DNA of 64,000 nt from the NCBI RefSeq assembly GCF_009914755.1, contig NC_060947.1; one strand, given 5' to 3'. The notes below the pieces were generated by a model, which saw only the letters and a list, made by a program, of their open reading frames with translations, was not told the origin of the DNA and made no database searches. Position numbers and translations under genes: made by a program. Within the stretch, counting starts at the first letter, position 1; every line of letters begins with the position of its first letter. The DNA is from the human T2T-CHM13v2.0 reference genome, Homo sapiens. This document shows positions 1-11,180 of the stretch, piece after piece.

Positions 1-35
1 TATGTATGGTTCTCTAATAAATTAATACTTTAAAG

Positions 36-259
36 GAGGGATTAGCAAAGGTTTTCTGTAAATGGCCAGAAATTAATTCTTTTAGGCTTTGCTGACCACA
101 TTATCTATATTGCAGTTACTCAACTCTGCTATTGCAGAGCAAAATTAGTTATAAATGATAAGGAAATGAATACATCTAGGTATGCCCCAATAAAATTTTA
201 TTTACAAAGACAACTGGAGGGCCAGATTTGGCCCACAGCCTATAGTTTACCAACTACTG
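36..259 (+). mobile_element. MER58A-like non-autonomous DNA transposon (hAT-Charlie)
   Basis: Colinear with the recalled MER58A consensus (ttttctgtaaatggccaga...actcaactctgc...ccaataaaattttatttacaaa...gggccagatttggccc); degenerate terminal inverted repeats. Confidence 0.8.
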
Positions 260-609
260 ATTTAGGATATGCTACAGAATATGCCCAAAACTGATCCTGT
301 GTGGTGAAGCTAGCAGTATAAGTCAGAATAGTATCTCCCAATTATTGATGTTATTAGTGTTCATTCTAGTACTGTAATAGTAAAATGTTGGAAATAGCCC
401 ATATATTAAAAAATAGAGTAGTAATTGACTAAATTTTGTTGTAGAAATACAATGGGATGCTTTGCACTCATTCAAAATGGTAAAGATTTACAGCATTTGA
501 CATGAAAAGATATTCTGTACACATAAGGTAGAAAAGCAGAATATAAAAGTCTTGCTTGCATTATTGTCCTAGGCTCCTAGACTCCTTACTCCAAAGGATT
601 TACATCACT

Positions 610-1128
610 CAGCAGTTAGAGTAATATTTTAAAAATTCAAATAAAAATGTCTCATACTCCTTTTTCAAATCCTTCAGTGGCTTTCCAGCATATTTGCTTA
701 CAAAGCTTTACGTGATCTGGTCTTTGTCTATCTCTGATCTCATCTCTTACTACTTTTCCTGCTTACCCCCTGTATTCTAGCTAGCACCAACTCTTTATGC
801 TCTGGATGCCTTCTCCACCTCAAGAGTTTTGTGTTTGCCATTTTCTCTGCCTGGGATGTCCCAATTCTCATCCTTCAGATCTCAGTTGAAAAGGCATCTT
901 CTTATGGGCACCTTCCCAACCCACTATTTGTTAAGTTGGCCTTTTGCAATTACTTATTTCCTTTGGATTTTTTTATTAAGTCTTTAATTATTCTGCTTAT
1001 TAGTTTTTTATTGTCTTTCTTTCCAACAGGTATGTAAGCTCCAAGAGAACAGGTGTTTTTTCTTAACAGTACAGGCACATTTTAGCCTCTGAGTACACAT
1101 TTCTTGAAATAATAAATGAATGAATGAA
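610..1128 (+). mobile_element. L2 LINE 3' fragment
   Basis: Typical L2 3' end (tatgtaagctccaagagaacagg...aataaatgaatgaatgaa). Heavily decayed; boundaries approximate. Confidence 0.6.
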
Positions 1129-1250
1129 ACACATTCATAGTAGAAAGCAGAGCACTAACAAAAGCATGGGGTTGCAAAGTGCTAGAACATGGAAATAACC
1201 CCTAGGCTTTTTGTCTTCTCCCTTTTTCTTTCTTTCTCTGACATATATGG

Positions 1251-1291
1251 ACACACACACATACACACACACAAACACACATACATACACA
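1251..1291. repeat. Imperfect (CA)n microsatellite
   Basis: acacacacacatacacacacacaaacacacatacatacaca. Confidence 0.9.
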
Positions 1292-1855
1292 TGGTTTGTA
1301 GTCAAATAAAATGTTGGTTAAAGCCTCAGTAAACTTGTACTTAATTTTTCCGTACTTAAAATTTCTTTACATGTAGGCTTCATTTAACTGTACTGCCTGC
1401 TCTCAAAAGATATTCAGATTTCTTAATAGAGAGTGAGCCATCTTTTATTGTTTGGTTTGTTTTTCCTTTTCACGGTAGGTAGCAGTTATTTCCTGATGGG
1501 AAACAGTAAGAACACATGTTTTCATTAAATTTTCAAAGCTTTTTTTACCCTTAATGAGAAAGAATCTCTTAACTGGAAGTATAGCTTGTGATCTTTCAAA
1601 TGGCTATTGCATTCCTTTTGCATATATATGCAAATATATATGCATATATAATATATATACATATATATTATATATCCACCAGTAGTGTGATTGCCAAATC
1701 ATATAGTAGTTCTATTTTTAATTTTTTAAGGACTCTCCATACTGTTTTCCATAACAGCTGTACTAATTTAAATTTCCACTAACCATATACAAGGATTCAC
1801 TTTTCTCGACAGTCTCATCAATATTTGTTATCTTTTATATTTCTGATAATAGTTA

Positions 1856-2219
1856 TGATATGGTTTGGCTATGTCTTCACCCAAATCTCATCTTGAGTTA
1901 TAGCTCACATAATTCCCACATGTCATGGAAGGGACCCAGTAGGAGGTAATTGAATCATGGGTGTGAGTCTTCCCCATGCTGTTTTTGTGATCGTGAATAA
2001 GTCTCATGAGATCTGATGCTTTATAAAATGGGAGTTCCCCTACACAAGCTCTCTTGCTGGCCACCATGTAAGATGTGACTTTGCTTCTCATTTTCCTTCA
2101 GCCATGATTGTGAGGCCTCCCTTGCCATATGGAACTGTGAGTCCATTAAACCTGTTTCCTTTATAAATTACCCATTCTCAGGCATGTCTTTATTAGCAGC
2201 GTAAGAACAGATTAATACA
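1856..2219 (+). mobile_element. THE1 (MaLR) solo LTR, THE1B/C-like
   Basis: Starts tgatatggtttggc, ends taataca; ATTAAA poly(A) signal; degenerate 5-bp TSD agtta/ggcta; sits inside the L1. Confidence 0.9.
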
Positions 2220-3456
2220 GGCTATTTTAACTGGAGTCAGGTGAAATCTCATTGTGGTTTTGATTTGCATTTCTCTGATGTTCAGTGGTGTTGAGCATTT
2301 TTTCACACATCTGTTGGTCATTTGTCTGTCTTTTGAGAAATTTCTATTCAGGTCTTTTGCTAGGTTTTCAGTCAGACCACATGTTTTATTTTGCTGTTGA
2401 ATTGTTCGAGTTTCTTATATATTTTGGATATTAACCCCTTGACAAAAGTGGAGTTTCCAAATATTTTCTCCCATTCTGTAGGTTGGCTCTTCACTCTATT
2501 GATTATTTCCTTTGATGTGCAGAGCTTTTTTATGTTTATGTAACCCCATTTGTTGATTTTTGCTTTTGTTGCCTTTTTTTTTTGTTTGAGGTCTTATCCA
2601 AAAAATCCTTACCCAGTACAATGTAATGAATCATTTTGCCTATATTTTGTCTTAGTAGTTTCACACTTTCGGGCTTCACATTTAAGCCTTTAATTGATTT
2701 TGAGTTGATTTTTGTATATGGTGAAAGCTAGAGGTACAGTTTCATCCTTCTGCAAGTGGACATCCAATTTCTCCAATATAATTTATTAAAGAGACAGTCA
2801 TTGTGTGTTCTTGGCTTCTTGGCATCTTGTTGAAAATCAACTGACCATAAATGTGTGGATTTATTTCTGGGCAATCTATTCTGCTACAATTGTCTATGTG
2901 TCTTCTTTTTATACCAATATAATGCTGTTTTATTCACTATACCCTTGTAATATAGTTTGAAGTCAGACAATATGATGCCTGCAGCTTTGCTCCTTTTGCA
3001 TGGGTGAATTTGTCTCTTTGGGCTCTTTTTTTGGTTCCCTATAAATGAATTTTTTTCTATTTGGAAAACAGAAAAAAAGTCATTTTCTATGGAAAATGAT
3101 ATTAGCATTTTGATAGGAATTGCATTGAATCTGTAGATTGCTTTTGGCAGTATGATCATTTTAATATTAATTCTTCTGGTCCGTGAGCATAGATATCTTT
3201 CCATTGGTTTGTGTTCGCTTCAATTTATTTCATCAGTGTTTTGTATAGCTTTCCTTGTAGAGGTCTTTAATCTCTATGGTTAAATTTATTCCTTGACATT
3301 TTATTTTTTAAAGATATTGAAAATGGTCTTGGCTTCTTGATTTCTTTATCAGCTATGTCATTATTGGTATATAGAAAAGCTACTTGTTTTTGTATGGTGA
3401 CTTTGTATCCTGCAACTTCGCTGAATTTATTGGTCAGCTCTAAGAGTTTTTTGGTG

Positions 3457-4118
3457 TTTTTTTTATTATTATACTTTAAGTTCTAGGGTACATGTGCACA
3501 ATGTGCAGGTTTGTTACATAGGTATACATGTGCCATGGTGGTTTGCTTCACCCATCAACTCATCATTTACTTTAGATATTTCTCCTAATGCTATCCCTCT
3601 CCCAGCCACCCACCCTCCAATAGACCCTGGTGTATGATGTTCCCCTCCCTGTGTCCATGTGTTCCCATTGTTCAACTCCCACTTATGAATAAGAACATGC
3701 AGTGTTTGGTTTTCTGTCCTTGTGATAGTTTGCTGAGAATAATGGTTTCCAGCTTTATCCATGTCCCTGCAAAGGACATGAACTCATTCTTTTTTATGGC
3801 TGCATAGTATTCCACGGTGTATATGTGCCACATTTTCTTTATCCAGTCTATCATTGATGGACATTTGGGTTGGTTCCAAGTCTTTGCTATTGTGAATAGT
3901 GCCGCAATAAACATACATATGCGTGTGTCTTTATAGTAGCATGATTTATAATCCTTTGGGTATATACCCAGTAATGGAATTGCTGGGTCAAATGGTATTT
4001 CTAGTTCTAGATCCTCGAGGAATCACCACACTGTCTTCCAAAATGGTTGAACTAATTTACACTCCCATGAACAGTGTAAAAGCATTCCTATTTCTCCACA
4101 TGCTCTCCAGCATCTGTT
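3457..4118 (-). mobile_element. 5'-truncated L1PA (about L1PA6-8) nested in older L1
   Basis: Poly(T) plus L1PA 3'UTR (tactttaagttctagggtacatgtgcac); ORF2 C-terminus in ORF 3672-3914; 11-bp TSD gttttttggtg (3446-3456) / gttttatggtg (4119-4129). Confidence 0.9.
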
Positions 4119-6009
4119 GTTTTATGGTGGTCTTTAGATTTTTCAATATACAATATCATGTCACCTTAAAGAGGGAAAGTTTGACTTCTTCTTTTCCTAT
4201 TTGGATGAATTCTGTTTCTTTGTCTTGCCTGATTGCTCTGGCTATGACTTCCAGTACAATGTTGAATAGGAGTGTTGAAAGTGAGCATCCTTGTCTTGTT
4301 TCATTTCTTAGAAGAAAGTGTTTCAGATTTTCCCTATTCAGTATGATATTAGCTGTAGGTCTCTCATATATGGCTTTCATTGTGTTGATGTATGTTCCTT
4401 CTATACCCAGTTTTTTGAAGGTTTGTATCATGAAGAGATGTTGAATTTTATGAGATATTTTTCTGCATCTACTTAAATGACCATGTGGTTTTTGCTCTTC
4501 ATTCTGTTGATGTGATATATCATGTTTAATGATTTGCATATATTGAACCATACTTGCATCCCTGGGGTAAATCCCACTTAATAATGGCATATTATCTTTT
4601 TGATGTGCTTTTAAATTTGGTTTTCTAGAATCTTGTTGAGGATTTTTGTATCTATGTTTATCAGGGATATTGGCCTATAGTTTTCTTTCTGTGTTGTGTC
4701 CTTTTCTGGTTTTGTTATTAGGATAATGCTAGACTCATATAATGAGTTAGGGAGAATTTCCTTCTCTTCAGTTTTCTGACAAGTTTGAGGAAAATTGAGG
4801 TTAGGCCTTCTTCAAAATTTTGGTATCATTTGCGGTGAAGTCATAGTCCTGGACTTTCCTTTATTAGGAGACTTTTTATTACGGATTCAATCTTAATACT
4901 CATTACTGATCTGTTCAGGTTTTCTATTTCTTCCTGATTCAGTCTTTATAGGTTGTATGTGTCCAAGAATTTATCTATTTTTTCTAGATTTTTCAGTTCA
5001 TTAGTGTGTAGTTGTTCATAATGATCTCTAATAGTCTTTTATATTTCTATGGTATCAGTTGTAGTGTCTCCTTTTTAATATTTGATTTTATTTGGGTTGT
5101 CTCTCTTTTTTTCTTGGTTAGTCTAGCTAGCAATTTATTAATTTTGTTATCCTTAAGAAAGTCAAACTTTGATTTTGTTTGTTTTTGTGTTTTTTTAGTC
5201 TGTATTTTATTTACTTCTGCTCTGATGTTTAATAGTTCTTTCCTTCTACTAATTTGGGGTTTGGCTCATTCTTACTTTTCTACTTCTTTGAGGTGCATTG
5301 ACAGATTGTTTTAAACCTTTCTACTTTTTGATGTAGGTGTTTATTGCTAAAACTATCCTCTCAGTACTGTTTTTGCTGTATTCCATAGGTGTTGGTATGT
5401 TGTATTTCCATTTTCATTTTTTTTTTACAAAAAAATTTCCTCCTTAATTTCCCTTTTGACCCAATGGTCATTCAGTACCATATTGTTTAATTTCCACATA
5501 TTCGTATGGTTTCCAAACTTCCTCTTGTTAATTTCTAGTTTTATTATATTGTGGCCTGAGAAGACACTATATGGTTTTGATTATTTTAAATTTGTTGAGA
5601 CCTTCATCAAGTCAAGCGGCCTTGTGTATGCTGCATATTTGAGATTCAATCATTGATGTTGCTCAAAGGGTTTAAATTAGGTTCCAAGCTTCTGCAAGGC
5701 CCCCTTTCTATAGCTTCTACCAGTTCTCCAATGGATGAACATTTTCTTAGACTGTCCTCACTGATCTGGTTTGGGACAGAACAATTAAACAGCCCATACT
5801 TAATCTGAGCAATAAAGCTTATTTTGATTAGACCTGCAAAGGTTCCTGGTAGGATATTATCCCCAGAAAGTCTCTGTGTTTCTTTCCAGGCCCTAATTAG
5901 CTCTTTATACTCTCTGGATATGAATATTTTAGATCATGTTTAACTTAATTAGTATAAAGATTTTTGTGATGATTTTCTTTCATTATTACCAAAAAATGGA
6001 AAAAGAAGA

Positions 6010-6453
6010 GAAGAATTAGTGGATTCAACAATATAAAAATTAAACTGCTTAACAAACTTATTGTAAAAAGTTTCAATTATAAAATAAGAGAAACATTGGC
6101 AACATACATGAGAAAAGACAAAGCCTTAATATATAAACAACACACAGAAATCAATAAGTAAAAAATCAGTATGCCAAAAAGGAAACAGACGAATAATATA
6201 ATCTGGCAATTAAAACTTTATAAAGTACATGGCTGAAAAATATAAAAAATGTTCAACCCAACAGATAATAAATGAAAAACAAATTAAAACAATAATGTGT
6301 TACTACTTTTTTCATATCAAGTTGCACCAAAATTGAAAATATATAGTTTTGACAGTGTTGCCAGGGGGAAAATGTTGTAAATAATTACTTTCATACATGT
6401 TTAGTAGGACTGTAAGTCGATGAAATCTTTCTGGAGGGAAATTCAGCATTTGT
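6010..6453 (+). mobile_element. Ancient L1M fragment (host of the SVA)
   Basis: A-rich decayed L1 ORF2 3' sequence (gaaatcaataag...tcatatca...aatctttctggagggaaattcagcattt). Confidence 0.6.
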
Positions 6454-7911
6454 GGTTTTTTTTTTTTCTTTTTTATTTATTTATTTTTTTTCTTTCTTTT
6501 TTTTTTTTTTTTAGTATTTATTGATCATTCTTGGGTGTTTCTTGGAGAGGGGGATTTGGCAGGGTCATAGGACAATAGTGGAGGGAAGGTCAGCAGATAA
6601 ACATGTGAACAAGGGTCTCTGGTTTTCCTAGGCAGAGGACCCTGTGGCCAGTGTTTGTGTCCCTGGGTAGTTGAGATTAGGGAGTGGTGATGACTCTTAA
6701 TGAGCATGCTGCCTTCAAGCATCTGTTTAACAAAGCACATCTTGCACCGCCCTTAATCCATTTAACCCTGAGTGGACACAGCACATGTTTCAGAGAGCAC
6801 GGGGTTGGGGGTAAGGTTATAGATTAACAGCATCTCAAGGCAGAAGAATTTTTCTTAGTACAGAACAAAATGGAGTCTCCCATGTCTACTTCTTTCTACA
6901 CAGACACAGTAACAATCTGATCTCTCTTTCTTTTCCCCACATTTTCCCCTTTACTATTCGACAAAACCGCCATCGTCATCATGGCCCGTTCTCAATGAGC
7001 TGTTGGGTACACCTCCCAGACGGGGTGGCGGCCAGGCAGAGGTGCTCCTCACTTCCCAGATGGGGCCGCTGGGCAGAGGCGCCCCCCACCTCCCGAACAG
7101 GGCGGCTGGCCGGGCGGGGGCTGCCCTCCACCTCCCTCCTGGATGGGGTGGCTGGCCAGGTGGGGGCTGCCCCCCCACCTCCTGGATGGGGCGGCTGCTG
7201 GGCGGAGACGCTCCTCACTTCCCAGACGGGGCGGCTGCCGGGTGGAGGGGCTCCTCACTTCCCAGATGCGGCAGTTGCCGGGTGGAGGGGCTCCTCACTT
7301 CCCAGACAGGGCAGCTGCCAGGCGGAGGGGCTCCTCACTTCTCAGACGGGGCGGCTGGGCAGAGACGCTCCTCACCTCCCAGATGGGGTGGCGGTTGGGC
7401 AGAGACGCTCCTCACCTCCCAGACGGGGTGGCGGTTAGGCAGAGACACTCCTCAGTTCCCAGATGGGGTCACGGCTGGGCAGAGGTGCTCCCCACATCTC
7501 AGACGATGGGCGGCCGGGCAGAGACACTCCTCACTTCCTAGACGGGATGGCGGCCGGGAAGAGGCGCTCCTCACTTCCCAGTCTGGGTGGCCGGGCAGAG
7601 GGGCTCCTCACATCCCAGATGATGGGCGGCCAGGCAGAGACGCTCCTCACTTCCCAGACGGGGTGGCGGCCGGGCAAAGGCTGCAATCTCGGCACTTTGG
7701 GAGGCCAAGGCAGGCGGCTGGGAGGTGGTGGAGGTTGTAGCGCGCCGAGATCACGCCACTGCACTCCAGCCTGCAATCCCAGGCACTCGGCAGGCTGACG
7801 CAGGAGAATCAGGCAGGGAGGTTGCAGTGAGCCGAGATGGCGGCAGTACAGTCCAGCCTCGGCTTGGCATCAGAGGGAGACCGGGGAGAGGGGGAGGGGG
7901 AGGGAGAGGGA
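6454..7911 (-). mobile_element. SVA retrotransposon, older type (SVA_B/C-like), with internal deletion
   Basis: Poly(T) 6456-6512; SINE-R about 6513-7010 (AATAAA at 6517-6522 on -); GC-rich VNTR about 7010-7680; Alu-like domain about 7680-7880; short (CCCTCT)n 7883-7910; TSD agcatttgt at 6445-6453 and 7912-7920. Confidence 0.97.
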
Positions 7912-7969
7912 AGCATTTGTTAATAAGCACTATAGAATCTGATAATCCTTTGGTTCAATAAAATATTGG

Positions 7970-8113
7970 CTGACAAAGGTCTAATATCCAGCATCTATAA
8001 GGAACTTAAACACATTTACAAGAAATAGAAAAAACTTTATTAAAAAGTGTTTCTAGTTTATTTGCATAGAGGTCTAGTTTCTCTGATGGTAGTTTGTATT
8101 ATTTGCATAGAGG
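7970..8113. mobile_element. Short composite of L1PA ORF2 fragments in both orientations
   Basis: 7970-8049 is sense L1 (ctgacaaaggtctaatatccagcatctataaggaacttaaac); 8050-8113 is antisense L1 (tttctagtttatttgcatagagg...ttctctgatggtagtttgtatt). No poly(A). Confidence 0.75.
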
Positions 8114-9431
8114 ATTACAACAGGCAAACAGATGCTTCTTAACCATTGCACATTTGATTTTTGTTTTAAGTATCTGAGTGAAACTATGGCAGAAGTGCTC
8201 AGGGATAGGAAAGTTGTTTCATATGTCCCTGCTCATTAGGCCACCTGAAGGACTAAGGATGGATTCAGGACTTGCCACTTCTGCCTACTAAAAGAAAATG
8301 CTACATAATTTTATTGAATGTGCTGTACCAGAAATCCTGGAAGATCTATGAATATAAAGCTAGAAAGATTATAATTTACCATGTGAAGAATTTTTTCCTT
8401 GCTAGGAAAATATTTTTTAAATGAGAGTGCCTGTTAGATTAGATAGTATTCTGCATGAAGAACTGATTGGTAAAAAGCACAAAAAAGTTTTCATTTTCTG
8501 ATACCAGCTCTCTGAGTTGGGCTTATTTATAAAGTGTTTTAAATTTCACTTGTTCCTAGTAGGGACTAAAAAGTCTGTAGCTGACTGTTTCATTTGGAGT
8601 AATGGGCAAGCATATAAATGTAGAAACACGGAAAAGCAACCAACTTTTTACCACTGTTTATTAGGACAGTGAAAAGTCAGAGACTGATGTTGTTAATGGT
8701 GTGTCTCCTGAATTACAAAGCTACAAATCCTCCCTACCTATATTCCCCTTACACTTCCCTTGGCAGCCTGTGTATGGTGTGTTGCATGATGTACCTGCCT
8801 TTCTGCTTTTTGGGATTTTATGCCAGTGTAAATTAGTAAGCTTCTATAGCAAAGGTAACAGCTTGATAGGAAATCAGCTTAATAGCTAAAGGTTATTCTT
8901 AAATATTACATTGCACCTTTATTTTTATGTCCACCTTGCAAAAGCGCTTACCAAGGAGGTGTGTGCCAGAAAGCACTATTGATTTAAGAGCCCTTTGCTG
9001 TATTGTGGTACGTACTCTCATTAGGCCAGCATCTTGAGATGTGAGGGACTCTCTTCCTGCAGCAGGAAGTGTGAAAACAACCAGGAAAGTAGTATGCTAA
9101 TGACATCACTCTTGCTCCTGCTACTTCATTATTAAGTGCAAACTCCCTTGGCCTTTGCCTATGTTATTCCTTGGAATCCTGAGGTCATTGAGGAGTGGGA
9201 GGATGCTTAGCTGCCTGAATTCATTCAGCATTCTGCAGCTACCCTACTTTCCTTATCCCACCTCTATTCTACTGTCCACTTTTGCCTCCTGTTGTCCCAG
9301 TGGTGACTATGGGATTCTGGAAGGAGGTGTGCATGCTTCAGCATTTTTAGCTTCCTTTTCTTAAAGGCAGCTGATTTAGTGAAAAGAACTATTAAAGTGA
9401 GACATACGGGTTTCTCTCTGGACTCTGCTAC

Positions 9432-9825
9432 TGTCTTAGTCTGCTATAACAAAATACCACAGACTGGATAGCTTATAAACAACAGAAATGTATTGCCCAT
9501 AGTTTTGGAGACTGGGAACTCCAAGACCAAGGTACTAGCAGATTCATTGTCTGGTGAGGGCTTGCTTTATAATTCGTAGATGGCCACTTTTTTTTTGTTT
9601 TGTTTTGTTTTGTTTTGTTTTGTTTTGCTATATCTTTACATGGTGGAAGTGTTGAAGAAGCTCTCTGGTCCTCTTTTGTAAGGGTACTACTCCTATTTAT
9701 AAGGGCTCTACCCTCATGACCTAATCACCCCCCAAAGGTCCCACCTCCTAATACCATCACATTGGAGATTAGGTTTCAACATATGACATGAATTTTGGGG
9801 GAACACAAAGATTTAGGCTATAGCA
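9432..9825 (-). mobile_element. MaLR solo LTR (MLT1A/MSTD-like) inserted in a MIR
   Basis: tgtcttagtc...ctataacaaaataccacagactgg...ctatagca; TSD gctac/gccac; internal (GTTTT)n at about 9590-9627; MIR sequence on both flanks (about 9370-9431 and 9826-9990). Confidence 0.85.
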
Positions 9826-10884
9826 GCCACACACTAGCTGTGTGCTTGGGTCTCTGAACTTCATTTTTTTGTGATCTACACAATCAAAGTAATAATAGCT
9901 CATTCATAAAGTTGACGGGAATTAAAAAAGTGTGTCTAACATTTGACATAGAGCCTAATACATAGTAGCCACTTTGCAAATATTAACCTGTATTTAATAT
10001 TTCTTCAAGACAGAAGCAGTCCCCATCCCACTCAGGGTCCCTCAGAGGCCTCATGTTCTTTATGCTCCCCTTACCCACTCAAGGACAACAGTACATACAT
10101 ACCATCTGTCTTTCTTCCCTGACCATGCCCATCTCCCCCGCTCAGTCCTGGCCTCCTTACTCCTCTTCTATCAGCATTCTAAAGGTTTAGAGAAATTAAA
10201 AGTAGCCCCTATCCTTACAATCATTGAGGACTGTAGTGGTAACATCTGAGATCAATCTCCTCCTTAACCTGGAGCCCTCTTTAATGGGACTGTTGCCTTC
10301 AGTATCCTGGAAACTGGTTTAAACCCTAGCTTTTTCTTATACTCACAGATCCTTGATTCTAGTTGAGCTGGGAAGGAAGGGGAAAGGAACTTACAACTTC
10401 CACCAAATCCCCGAACAAACATCACAGTGACTGGCCATGGCTAGGACTCAGCTGCAAGGCAAGAGGAGGCATTAGGTTTTATTTCACTCACCCCACAGCT
10501 TTATGAGCTTGTTAACACAATATGGCTAGAATCAGTGTTAGCCTCGTGAGGCCTCATGACAGGGAGAGAAGAGTTATGAGCAGCAGTTGTCAGTTTTCTG
10601 TGCCAAGGCTTATTGCACCTTCAAGTTTAGATTGCAATCTGGGTAACTTGGGCCTGAACAACATGATGACCTCTAAGATGTTCCCTCACAGAGCTGGGGA
10701 GAGGCAAAAGCAGTCATTGACTTTACTGAATTTCCTAGTTGCATCTACATAAACCTAAAGCAAGTGAGAGAAGAATCCAGTCAAACTAGTTCTTTGGAAG
10801 TCAATCCAGAGGATTTAGGTAGGGACCAGAGGAACTTCCTCAGAGATAGGCTTGTCAAAGAAATAGGTTCAAATATACACTCTT

Positions 10885-11180
10885 GGAGGGTGCGGTGGCT
10901 TACACCTGTAATCCCGGCACTTTGGGAGACCAAGGCAGGTGGATCACTTGAGACCAGCCTGAGCAACATAACAAAACACCTCTCTACCAAAAATACAAAA
11001 ATTAGCTGGGCCTGGTGGCACAAGCCTGTAATCCTAGCTACTTGGAAGGCTGAGGCATGAGAATCGCTTGAACCTTGGAGGCAGAGGCTGCAGTGAGCCA
11101 AGATCATGCCACTTCACTCCAGCCTGGGTGAAAGAGCAGGACTCTGTATGAAAAAATGAACAAACAAAATAAAAAAAAAC
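10885..11180 (+). mobile_element. Alu (old S/J type) with a short left-arm deletion
   Basis: Dimeric Alu with A tail; 15-bp TSD caaatatacactctt (10870-10884) / caaatatacacactt (11181-11195); gatcacttgag joins directly to accagcctg. Confidence 0.95.

Larger units (their letters stand above)
1610..5602 (-). mobile_element. Old L1 (L1MA/L1PB-age) ORF2 segment, interrupted by a THE1 LTR and a younger L1PA
   Basis: Minus-strand ORF remnants match L1 ORF2p: 2884-3204 ([22 protein letters not shown]) and 4156-4590 (RT region, [26 protein letters not shown]). Many stops and frameshifts. Confidence 0.9.

Noticed and set aside
7010-7680. Repeat array resembling a CRISPR
   Set aside because: It is the SVA VNTR: tandem units with no unique spacers, in eukaryotic DNA with no cas genes.
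6954-7961. Cluster of overlapping Gly/Pro/Arg-rich ORFs up to 245 aa
   Set aside because: These are stop-poor translations of the GC-rich SVA VNTR and Alu-like domain.
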